Positions 1 to 7,335 of a stretch of DNA of 32,000 bases are shown here, one piece after another. The translations under genes and the position numbers were made by a program. Where the stretch lies: contig NC_010546.1 of the NCBI RefSeq assembly GCF_000017845.1, positions 3,270,001 through 3,302,000 of the forward strand, in the 5' to 3' direction. Position 1 is the stretch's first letter. Each line of letters begins with the position of its first letter. The DNA comes from Crocosphaera subtropica ATCC 51142 (GTDB lineage Bacteria; Cyanobacteriota; Cyanobacteriia; Cyanobacteriales; Microcystaceae). Under the pieces are notes generated by a model that did no database searches, was not told where the DNA came from, and saw only the letters and a list, made by a program, of their open reading frames with translations.

Positions 1-151
1 CGATCGCCAATTTTCATATTCATTCAGTCTCTATGATCCTCCTATTAAGGCTATTATCGGGATGATTTACAACTTTACCATTTTTACTGAAGTAGAAATA
101 GGATTCAATCAGATTGCTTGGTATTGGTAAGTTAATTAATATAAAGAAAAC

Positions 152-181
152 TTGAACTTTTGTCAATTTTATGGCTACAAT
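152..181 (+). promoter_or_regulatory. Putative promoter of the HicA-fusion gene
   Basis: TTGAAC (152-157), an 18-nt spacer, then TACAAT (176-181). It lies 28 nt upstream of the ATG at 209. Confidence 0.35.
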
Positions 182-208
182 AAGAGTTTATAGTTAAATC
201 TTAAGAGC

Positions 209-1915
209 ATGATATTTCGTATCTTAAGAAAACAGTTATCTTATCGACAAGTTGCGGTTATTATTGGCCGATTACTGATTATCGAGTTTGTATTATTGGG
301 TTTTGGTATATTAGCAATCAGTAAACATTATTATACCTATGAACATCATAGTTTTTCTCAATTGCAAAGTATAGAGCATACCAAAGTTTTTCCGACATTA
401 CCGTTAGCTTTATCGTATGCCATAACTAATAATCAAACTGCTCAAATTAATGATATTTTGAATGCTGATTATGGTTTATGGAAATTAGTCATAACAGATC
501 CAGAAGGTAAAAAAGTAATTACTTATTCTCAAAAAAATCTTGAACAAGAAATAGGTTTCATAGACAATAGATTACCAGAAAATCTTAACAGTTATTCTTA
601 TCACTTACTTATTAATCCTTCTTCACCGAACGCTCAAGATTATTATTTTGGAGACAACCAGAGCCTTAATAAGTTAGATGAATTCATCAATTCCAAAATG
701 CTACTGGGTCGAGTTTATTATATTGGAAATATTTCCTATAATTTTCAACAAGAATTATTACAGTGGCTAGGAAATCCTTTTGCTAATAATAGTCGTTTTC
801 CTATTTATAATTTAACAATATTATTATTTATTATTGGCGGATTATTTATTTGGAGTTTTAGTGAGTTTTTCTTAGCGTATCGACTGTTGACCCATAGGGA
901 AAAAGAACAATTATCCCAAAGACTGAAATTGGAAAAGGAATTAGTCAAACAAGAAATTGAGAAAAGACAAATCGCTGATCAAAATCAAGAAATTTTCAAA
1001 AATAAGCAAATTCAATTACAAAAAGAAATAACGATACTTCAAAATAACTTAAAAGAAAAAATTGCTCAAAATTCACGCTTAATTGAAGAGAGAGAAAAAG
1101 AACAAGAAAAATTAGAGGAATTAGAAAATAGTCAAACTCAAAAAATCAAGAATCTTCAAACTATTATTGAAGAATATGAAAAAGAAATTTTAATTTTAGA
1201 AGTGTGGCAAGATAAATCTCAAGAATTAGAAGAAATAAAACAAGAAAAAAATAACTTATTAGTAGAATTATCAGAATACGAAAACTTAGAGAGAGAAAGT
1301 AAAAAACAAATTAAATCCCTTAGACACAAAATTGAACTCTTGATGAATCAAAAACAAGAAGCTGAACAGAAGATAAATGATTTACAGGAGGTTCAATTAT
1401 CTAATAAAACATCTATCCAAGAAAGGGAAGAAATGATCCAACAAGAGTTTGAAAGACAAATTAATTTAGTCAAGTTAGAATCAGAATATGCGTTTGAAGA
1501 AGCGCAAAATATAGAACAAGAAAAAGAAAAAATACTGCTACAAAATAAGGCAATTCGAGAACAACTTAACTCCGAAATTGAAAAAAATAAATATTTAGAA
1601 TTTGCCTTAGAAAGCTATAAAAAAGAAAAAGATGAGATCACTCAAGAATTGACCATCAATAATAATAGTAATTATCCGTCTATACCTACATCTTATTTAA
1701 CTAATATATCGAGCAGAAAAGCCATTAAAGCCTTTCAGAAATTAGGATTTGAAAAAGATAGACATAATGGAGATCATTTTATCCTAAAGAAAACAGAAAC
1801 TAACACCATTACTGTTCCTATTCCTCATCCTCGACAAGAACTCAATCCTCTCACGTTGAAAAATATTTTAATACAAACAAACACTTGTTTAGAGGATTTT
1901 CTAGATAATTTGTAA
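209..1915 (+). CDS. Membrane-anchored coiled-coil protein with C-terminal HicA/YcfA-like mRNA-interferase domain
   Basis: 568-aa ORF. Two hydrophobic segments (aa ~15-37 and ~199-224) bracket a ~160-aa loop. Residues ~228-485 are K/E/Q-rich and heptad-like (coiled coil). The last ~67 aa (nt 1712-1912), RKAIKAFQKLGFEKDRHNGDHFILKK..TVPIPHPRQELNPLTLKNILIQT, fit the HicA toxin pattern (LGF..r..GsHh...tvPvH..kel..gtlk.Il), and the His at the catalytic position is retained. Confidence 0.6.
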   Translation: MIFRILRKQLSYRQVAVIIGRLLIIEFVLLGFGILAISKHYYTYEHHSFSQLQSIEHTKVFPTLPLALSYAITNNQTAQINDILNADYGLWKLVITDPEGKKVITYSQKNLEQEIGFIDNRLPENLNSYSYHLLINPSSPNAQDYYFGDNQSLNKLDEFINSKMLLGRVYYIGNISYNFQQELLQWLGNPFANNSRFPIYNLTILLFIIGGLFIWSFSEFFLAYRLLTHREKEQLSQRLKLEKELVKQEIEKRQIADQNQEIFKNKQIQLQKEITILQNNLKEKIAQNSRLIEEREKEQEKLEELENSQTQKIKNLQTIIEEYEKEILILEVWQDKSQELEEIKQEKNNLLVELSEYENLERESKKQIKSLRHKIELLMNQKQEAEQKINDLQEVQLSNKTSIQEREEMIQQEFERQINLVKLESEYAFEEAQNIEQEKEKILLQNKAIREQLNSEIEKNKYLEFALESYKKEKDEITQELTINNNSNYPSIPTSYLTNISSRKAIKAFQKLGFEKDRHNGDHFILKKTETNTITVPIPHPRQELNPLTLKNILIQTNTCLEDFLDNL

Positions 1916-1932
1916 GGTTATTAGACAATGAT

Positions 1933-3081
1933 TTAACGACCTAGAGTTAATTCTTCTTTTTTGCCTAGAATACCTTGGGGTCGCCAAACCATTAAAATCA
2001 TCAAAATTAAACCAATAATCATAATCCTAAAATAACCAGCTTGACTGGGACTTAAAATGCCTAATTGGGGTAAAAGAAAACGAGTTAATGAATCATAAGC
2101 CCAGAAAATAATCGCTCCTAAAATGGTTCCTGCATTACTTCCTGATCCCCCCAAAACAACAATAATCCAAGTATTAAACGTAATTAAAGGATCAAACTTA
2201 TCAGGATAAATAGTAGTGAGTTGCCAAGCAAAGAAAGCCCCTGCAATTCCTGCGATCGCCCCTCCTAACATAAAAGATTGTAACTTATATAAAAGGACAT
2301 TTTTTCCTAAAGCCCTAGGAATTTCCTCATCTTCTCGAATGGCTTTGAGAATACGTCCCCAGGGTGAATTGACTAAAAATTCTAAACACCCATAAGTGAG
2401 GGCTAAAATCAATAAGACTAATACCATTAAACCAGCTTTATAGGTATAAAAAGATAGGGATGTTATCCCTGTGATATAAACTAATAAAATTAAAGTGGTG
2501 GCAATCACACCCCAAATTATTAAGCTTAAGGGTTTACGAGGTTGATAACTTTTCCCTTGTATTTCTTTATTCTGTTTCCATTCGTCAATCAAACTTTTAT
2601 AAAGAGTCCATTCTGCATAAATTGCCAATATGGTTAAAATAGCAATTAATGATAATTTGATGGGGAAAGTTGCTTCAATATTCAGTGGTAATGGATATTG
2701 TCTTAATCCTAATGCCCCTTTTGTCAACCATTCTTCATTTAATGCCACTAAACGGACTAATTCGGAGACTCCAATGGTAACAATCGCTAGATAATCTTCT
2801 CGAAGACGTAACGTAGACAGTCCAATTAATAGCCCTAAAATAGCTGCTAAAATTGCCCCGGCCAAAACGGCTAAGACAAACGGAACCCCTGTTAACGTTA
2901 ATAAAACGCTGGTATAAGCCCCTAGAGTCATAAAACCAACGACACCGAAGTTAATTAAGCCAGTAAAGCCCCATTGTAAGTTTAACCCTAGGGCAAAAAT
3001 ACCATATACTCCTGCTGAAGTGGTGATGTAGATAATGTAACCGCTAATGCCAATGAGTTGAACTAATAAGGCGTTATCCAT
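1933..3081 (-). CDS. Branched-chain/neutral amino-acid ABC transporter permease (LivM/NatC family)
   Basis: 382-aa polytopic membrane ORF with LivM-type sequence throughout (GFTGLINFGVVGFMTLGAY; LGKNVLLYKLQSFMLGGAIAGIAGAF). No partner ABC genes are adjacent, which matches the dispersed nat genes of cyanobacteria. Confidence 0.8.
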   Translation of the reverse strand: MDNALLVQLIGISGYIIYITTSAGVYGIFALGLNLQWGFTGLINFGVVGFMTLGAYTSVLLTLTGVPFVLAVLAGAILAAILGLLIGLSTLRLREDYLAIVTIGVSELVRLVALNEEWLTKGALGLRQYPLPLNIEATFPIKLSLIAILTILAIYAEWTLYKSLIDEWKQNKEIQGKSYQPRKPLSLIIWGVIATTLILLVYITGITSLSFYTYKAGLMVLVLLILALTYGCLEFLVNSPWGRILKAIREDEEIPRALGKNVLLYKLQSFMLGGAIAGIAGAFFAWQLTTIYPDKFDPLITFNTWIIVVLGGSGSNAGTILGAIIFWAYDSLTRFLLPQLGILSPSQAGYFRIMIIGLILMILMVWRPQGILGKKEELTLGR

Positions 3082-3139
3082 GAATACGAAAGCTTAAGAT
3101 AAATGGCAATGAGATTATACAGGAATTAAGAAAAATTGC

Positions 3140-5023
3140 CTAGACATCCTCTAAGTCTTCAATAACATAATTTTCTAACTCTATAATCGCTTTTAAAGAA
3201 GCTTGGGCTTTCCCTTCTTTTTTCGTTTGTCCTAATGCTTCTGTTTCGATTAAAATTTCATCTAACCATTGAACTTGACAACAACAGTGCCATTGATTTG
3301 CCATTCTCTGGTAGACATAAGCTGGTTTTTTAAGATTTAACCGTTGTAAAGTAGTATGTAAATGGGCAATGGGACTATTAATAGCTTCTTGGGGAACTGT
3401 TGATAAGTCTAATTCTTCTTCGATGACCACAGAAGAGGTCATTATGATGGTTTCTTCAGTCCAATAATCCTCTAAAGCCGTTTCATCAATCTGTGTGGGA
3501 TCATGCAAGGTATTTTCTAATTTTCCTTGCAACCAATAGCGGTTAGACTGATGTTTGGCTGTTTGTTTATTGCCCGCAATAGAAGGTTTCGTGGTGGTTT
3601 GTCCTTCAAACACTGTCCAAAAACCAAATTGTCCTGAAGGGGTTGTTTTCTCTATGTAATCAACAGTGGTTTGGCCAATGCTAGAAGCAATTTGCAAAAT
3701 TTGAGTGGCTAAGGCTGGTTGTGCTTCTAAATAGTTTAACAACTCATCTTTAATTAAGGTTCGATTATCAGGATTTTGATAATCTCCGAAGACTAAGTAA
3801 TATAAGTCAGAGGGTTTAAGGGTACGATTTTCTAACCTTTGTTTGGCTTCAGGGACTAATTTATCTAATTTGGAAACTTTGAGACTATCTTTCAAGATTT
3901 GGGAAAATTCTTTCTCAGATAGACTAGGAATTGTCTCTTTTTTATTTAAAACATTGACGGTTTTGACCAGACGTTGTTCTCGAAAATGTTCGTTACGCTT
4001 TTCTTTGACTTCCTGTTTTTTCTCGTTAATATGTTTGGCGATCGCTTCTAATTCTTCAACTGAATAAGGGGACTGTTTCTCCTCAATAAACACAGCTTTA
4101 AGAATACGATGATTAACATAGTCAGCCACTCGGCGAATGGGAGAGGTGAAATGGGTATAGGCAGGGAGACAAAGGGCAAAATGACCGATGACGGCCGGTG
4201 AATAAGCGGCCGGGTTTAACCAGCTTTGTAATTTTTGACGTACTAATTCCGGGAGTCCTAACGTGGTTAAGGTTTCAATTAAGATTTTACTTTCAGGGGC
4301 AATGGCTGAGGCGGTATGGTTACGGTATAAAATGGGCAGTTGATGTTCTTCGGCTAAACTGGCTACGGCAGTATTGGCTAACACCATGAATTCTTGGATA
4401 ATTTGTTGAGAATGATATCGGGGAGACTCAATTAATTTTCCTTCTTCATCTAGGGTGACACCGCCGATGGTACTTTGTCCGAATGCCCCTGCTTTTTGCC
4501 GTTTCCAGGCCAGTTTTTGCGCCCAAAGTTCACAATAGCGTAACACTTGAAACAAAGGTTGTGAAGGGTCATGTAAGGTGTGATCGGCTGTTGCGTAGGA
4601 GAATCGTTTGATGCTGGTTAAATGGGTGGACAGGAGTTGGGTTTGTTTAATGTTGGCTGACTCGTCTAAGGTGATGCGAATGGTCAGAGTCCATCGGGGT
4701 TGATCTTCTAAGAGGGATAGTTTATCTTCTGATAATTCACGGGGAAACATGGGTTTGTTGTGTGAAGCAAGGTAGCGAGTTTCCACCTGTGAAAATGCCC
4801 GTTGTTCGAGTTGGGACTTGATAGGAACTAATTCCGTAACATCAGCAATATGGACAGAAATGACCACTCCTGTTTGATTCGGTTCTATCCAAATAGCATC
4901 GTCGAGATCCTTAGAAGTTTCGCTATCAATGGTAAACCCTAAAACGGGTTTCCTATCACCCATCGTTAAGGGTTCTCTGATAAGTTGATCGATTTCACTG
5001 CGGAGAATGGGAGAAGGGGTCAT
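3140..5023 (-). CDS. RNB-domain exoribonuclease (RNase II/R family) lacking CSD/S1, with C-terminal dsRBD-like modules
   Basis: 627-aa ORF. The RNB motifs DLDDAIW (aa ~39-45) and HFTSPIRRVADYVNHRIL are present, and the RNB domain starts ~25 aa from the N-terminus. The C-terminal ~200 aa contain two segments with an alpha-beta3-alpha dsRBD-like pattern (..AGNKQTAKHQSNRYWLQ; ..LGQTKKEGKAQASLKAIIEL). Confidence 0.8.
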   Translation of the reverse strand: MTPSPILRSEIDQLIREPLTMGDRKPVLGFTIDSETSKDLDDAIWIEPNQTGVVISVHIADVTELVPIKSQLEQRAFSQVETRYLASHNKPMFPRELSEDKLSLLEDQPRWTLTIRITLDESANIKQTQLLSTHLTSIKRFSYATADHTLHDPSQPLFQVLRYCELWAQKLAWKRQKAGAFGQSTIGGVTLDEEGKLIESPRYHSQQIIQEFMVLANTAVASLAEEHQLPILYRNHTASAIAPESKILIETLTTLGLPELVRQKLQSWLNPAAYSPAVIGHFALCLPAYTHFTSPIRRVADYVNHRILKAVFIEEKQSPYSVEELEAIAKHINEKKQEVKEKRNEHFREQRLVKTVNVLNKKETIPSLSEKEFSQILKDSLKVSKLDKLVPEAKQRLENRTLKPSDLYYLVFGDYQNPDNRTLIKDELLNYLEAQPALATQILQIASSIGQTTVDYIEKTTPSGQFGFWTVFEGQTTTKPSIAGNKQTAKHQSNRYWLQGKLENTLHDPTQIDETALEDYWTEETIIMTSSVVIEEELDLSTVPQEAINSPIAHLHTTLQRLNLKKPAYVYQRMANQWHCCCQVQWLDEILIETEALGQTKKEGKAQASLKAIIELENYVIEDLEDV

Positions 5024-5233
5024 TTGAATGAAGTCAGAAGTCAGATGTTAAATTTATAGTTAGGGATTCTAATCACTAACTAAAATCAAGCAGATGTATT
5101 ATTAGAGTTTTATTTGCATTCATCCCCACTTAAAATGTTAGCATTTTTAAGAGAATTTGTAGTATTCCCCTTATGAAACCTCAATTCGATGCAGCTAACC
5201 CTTAGGGTGATTGAGGAATTATCCAGTTAGGTG

Positions 5234-5270
5234 TCTTGATGGATCAAGATTTTGTAGTTAATCTTAAGAT
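5234..5270. promoter_or_regulatory. Two related palindromes (candidate operator) upstream of the ferrochelatase-like gene
   Basis: TCTTGAT-GG-ATCAAGA (5234-5249) and the perfect 10-bp palindrome ATCTTAAGAT (5261-5270). They lie 115-150 nt upstream of the ATG at 5386. Confidence 0.3.
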
Positions 5271-5385
5271 AAAGAATTATGTCCCCCCCCAGGGGAAGGT
5301 ATTTTATACTATTGATTAGGGGGAGTTTACCCAATATCCACCCTATACTTGCTTTCATATTAACAGTATCATTGAGGTAACAATT

Positions 5386-6543
5386 ATGGTTGCAACGCCC
5401 AATAAACAACAAACTCATCCTGTTGAGGGAAGGGATAAAAGCGATCGCGTGGCGGTTTTATTAATGGGTTACGGTGAAGTGGAAAGTTATGAAGATTTTG
5501 CTAATTATAATGAACAGGCTTTAAATTTATTGACGGCTAAATTTGCACCGGTTCCCACTTGGATTTATCCCCCTTTAGCTAAGTTATTAGCGGTTTTTGA
5601 CCTCCATGAATGGCAACATCAACACGACCATTTTATTTCTCCCCATAATCATATTTTTGAACATCAACGGGAATCAATTGAACATAAATTACAAGAAAAA
5701 TGGGGCGATCGCATTCAAGTTTTTAAAGCGTTTAACTTCTGTAAACCGTTTTTACCTGAACAAGTTTTAACGGAAATTAAAGCTCAAGGATTTGATAAAA
5801 TATTAATCTATCCTCTGTTAGTGGTTGACTCTATTTTTACCAGTGGAATTGCCGTTGAACAGGTTAATAATGCCTTAGAATCTTTAACAGAAGGGGACGA
5901 ACATTGGTTAAAAGGGTTACGTTATATTCCTTCATTTTACAACGAACCAGCTTACTTAGATTTAATGGCGAAATTAGTCGAAGACAAAATCAAGAAAGAT
6001 TTAGCGGATAAATACCTTCCTTCTCAAATTGGGATTGTTTTATTAAATCATGGTTGTCCCCACGAAGCGAAAGGATTTACATCAGGAATTGATGAAAGTC
6101 AGATATTATATGAATTGGTCAGAGAACGCTTAATTCATCGTTATCCGTTGATTTCTGTGGGTTGGTTAAACCATCAAACTCCTTTGATTAAATGGACGCA
6201 ACCCAATGCAGAATTAGCAGCTAAAAATCTTATGGAATTAGGGGCAAAAGCCATTATCTTTATGCCCATTGGTTTTGCCACAGAAAATCATGAAACGCTT
6301 TTAGATGTCGAACATATCATTCATGGTTTACATAAGAAATCGTCCGATGTAACTTATGTGCAGATGCCTTGTGTTAATGATGAACCTGAATTTTGTGAAA
6401 TGGCTGCACAATGGGCAGATTCTCACATTGCAGACTTATTATCGGCCGAAGCATTAACGGTTAATCCTTCTTTAGCCGGGGGGAATTTAGACGTTAATCA
6501 TCATCATCATGATCATGGAAATGGTCATCATCATCATCATTAA
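5386..6543 (+). CDS. Ferrochelatase-family (class II chelatase) protein with His-rich insert and His-rich C-terminal tail
   Basis: 385-aa ORF with a GAGG SD ~9 nt upstream. It aligns by eye to HemH landmarks: VLLMGYGEV (N-terminal beta-strand/loop), LLNHGCPHE (the SAHSLP His region) and MPIGFATENHETLLDVE (VGFVADHLEVLYD). The tail reads HHHHDHGNGHHHHH, and an internal tract HEWQHQHDHFISPHNHIFEH is also His-rich. There is no CAB-type C-terminal helix. Confidence 0.65.
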   Translation: MVATPNKQQTHPVEGRDKSDRVAVLLMGYGEVESYEDFANYNEQALNLLTAKFAPVPTWIYPPLAKLLAVFDLHEWQHQHDHFISPHNHIFEHQRESIEHKLQEKWGDRIQVFKAFNFCKPFLPEQVLTEIKAQGFDKILIYPLLVVDSIFTSGIAVEQVNNALESLTEGDEHWLKGLRYIPSFYNEPAYLDLMAKLVEDKIKKDLADKYLPSQIGIVLLNHGCPHEAKGFTSGIDESQILYELVRERLIHRYPLISVGWLNHQTPLIKWTQPNAELAAKNLMELGAKAIIFMPIGFATENHETLLDVEHIIHGLHKKSSDVTYVQMPCVNDEPEFCEMAAQWADSHIADLLSAEALTVNPSLAGGNLDVNHHHHDHGNGHHHHH

Positions 6544-6555
6544 TTGATGTTAACA

Positions 6556-6600
6556 ATAGGAGTAAATTAAAATAGTTTACTCCTATATATGAATATTGTT
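6556..6600 (+). terminator. Rho-independent terminator after the ferrochelatase-like gene
   Basis: Perfect 11-bp stem ATAGGAGTAAA (6556-6566) / TTTACTCCTAT (6576-6586) with a 9-nt loop. A T-rich tract (..ATATTGTTTTT) follows. Confidence 0.6.
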
Positions 6601-6631
6601 TTTAATCGTTAGACTTATATAATCATTATTA

Positions 6632-6662
6632 TTGAAAATCTCAATCAGAATAAGTGTATAAT
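6632..6662 (+). promoter_or_regulatory. Putative sigma70-type promoter of the toxin-antitoxin pair
   Basis: TTGAAA (6632-6637), a 19-nt spacer, then a perfect TATAAT (6657-6662). It lies ~36 nt upstream of the antitoxin ATG. Confidence 0.4.
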
Positions 6663-6697
6663 ATCAGGGGAGATTTAAAAAATACCTAAAAACTCTC

Positions 6698-6901
6698 ATG
6701 ACTTTTCAAGACTATCCTTTTGCTCAAAAATTGATTACTGATACTGATGGTAATATCTGTCAAGTTATTATGGATTTTACTGATTATCAGAAACTCTTAG
6801 AAACTTTAGAAGATGAAGGATTATATCGTGCGATTATGGAAGTTAGGCAGGAGAAGCCTCTTACTGTGTCTGAAGCTCTTGAAGAATTAGAAAAGTCGTG
6901 A
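6698..6901 (+). CDS. Type II antitoxin (Phd/YefM- or RelB-like partner of RelE/ParE toxin)
   Basis: 67-aa acidic ORF. It overlaps the downstream toxin gene by 4 nt (GTGA). The motif DYQKLLETLEDEGLYRAI is typical of antitoxins paired with RelE/ParE toxins. Confidence 0.6.
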   Translation: MTFQDYPFAQKLITDTDGNICQVIMDFTDYQKLLETLEDEGLYRAIMEVRQEKPLTVSEALEELEKS

Positions 6902-7167
6902 AAACTAACTATCTTCCTAGCTTCATTAAAGATTTAAAAGCCTTAAAAAGTTCTCCCGTTTATATTAGGATCAAAACATTAGTTTTTGAAACTATTGTTA
7001 ACTATAATAGTATTCAAGAAATTAGAAATCTGAAAAAGCTTAAAGCAGAGGATAATGCTTATCGAATTAGAGTAGGAGATTATCGCATTGGGATATTAGT
7101 TGAAGAAGATTGTATTATTTTTGCTCGTGTCGCACATCGTCGTGAATTTTATCGTTATTTTCCTTAA
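6898..7167 (+). CDS. RelE/ParE-family toxin (plasmid stabilisation system protein)
   Basis: 89-aa ORF with a GTG start overlapping the antitoxin stop. The hallmark YRIRVGDYRIGILVEEDCIIFARVAHRREFY matches the RelE/StbE family signature. Confidence 0.85.
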   Translation: MKTNYLPSFIKDLKALKSSPVYIRIKTLVFETIVNYNSIQEIRNLKKLKAEDNAYRIRVGDYRIGILVEEDCIIFARVAHRREFYRYFP

Positions 7168-7285
7168 TCTGAATAAACAGCAATGTCTTTGGACACAACT
7201 GAGAGTAAGGGTTTATGATAAAAAGAAGTGAGGTTACTGTGTCGAAAGCACAAGATTAACCCCACTAAACTTAACTCAACTTTTG

Positions 7286-7335
7286 ACAGTTATCTGTGTC
7301 GGACAGATGCAGATAACTGTTATTTCTGTTTTTTG
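7286..7335 (+). terminator. Terminator of the relBE-like operon, shared hairpin with convergent PEP-CTERM gene
   Basis: 11-bp perfect stem ACAGTTATCTG (7286-7296) / CAGATAACTGT (7310-7320), extendable with wobble pairs. On the + strand TATTTCTGTTTTTTG follows. The hairpin abuts the stop codon of the minus-strand gene. Confidence 0.6.

Noticed and set aside
1-26. Possible 5' end of a minus-strand gene leaving the window (ATGAATATGAAAATTGGCGATCG..)
   Set aside because: Only ~8 codons are visible and the GGAGG is ~14 nt from the first ATG. That is too little sequence to call.
3843-4389. Two short + strand ORFs (74 and 63 aa) inside the RNB gene
   Set aside because: They are antisense to a motif-supported CDS and have no start signals or family resemblance.
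5227-5418. 63-aa minus-strand ORF spanning the start of the ferrochelatase-like gene
   Set aside because: It overlaps the SD and start of a better-supported gene. Its composition is typical of a random AT-rich ORF.
6646-6657. 12-mer CAGAATAAGTGT shared by the TA promoter region and the region upstream of the recombinase-like gene (8841-8852), each followed by TATAAT
   Set aside because: Many 12-mer repeats are expected by chance in an AT-rich 32-kb window. The similarity does not extend beyond the -10 box.
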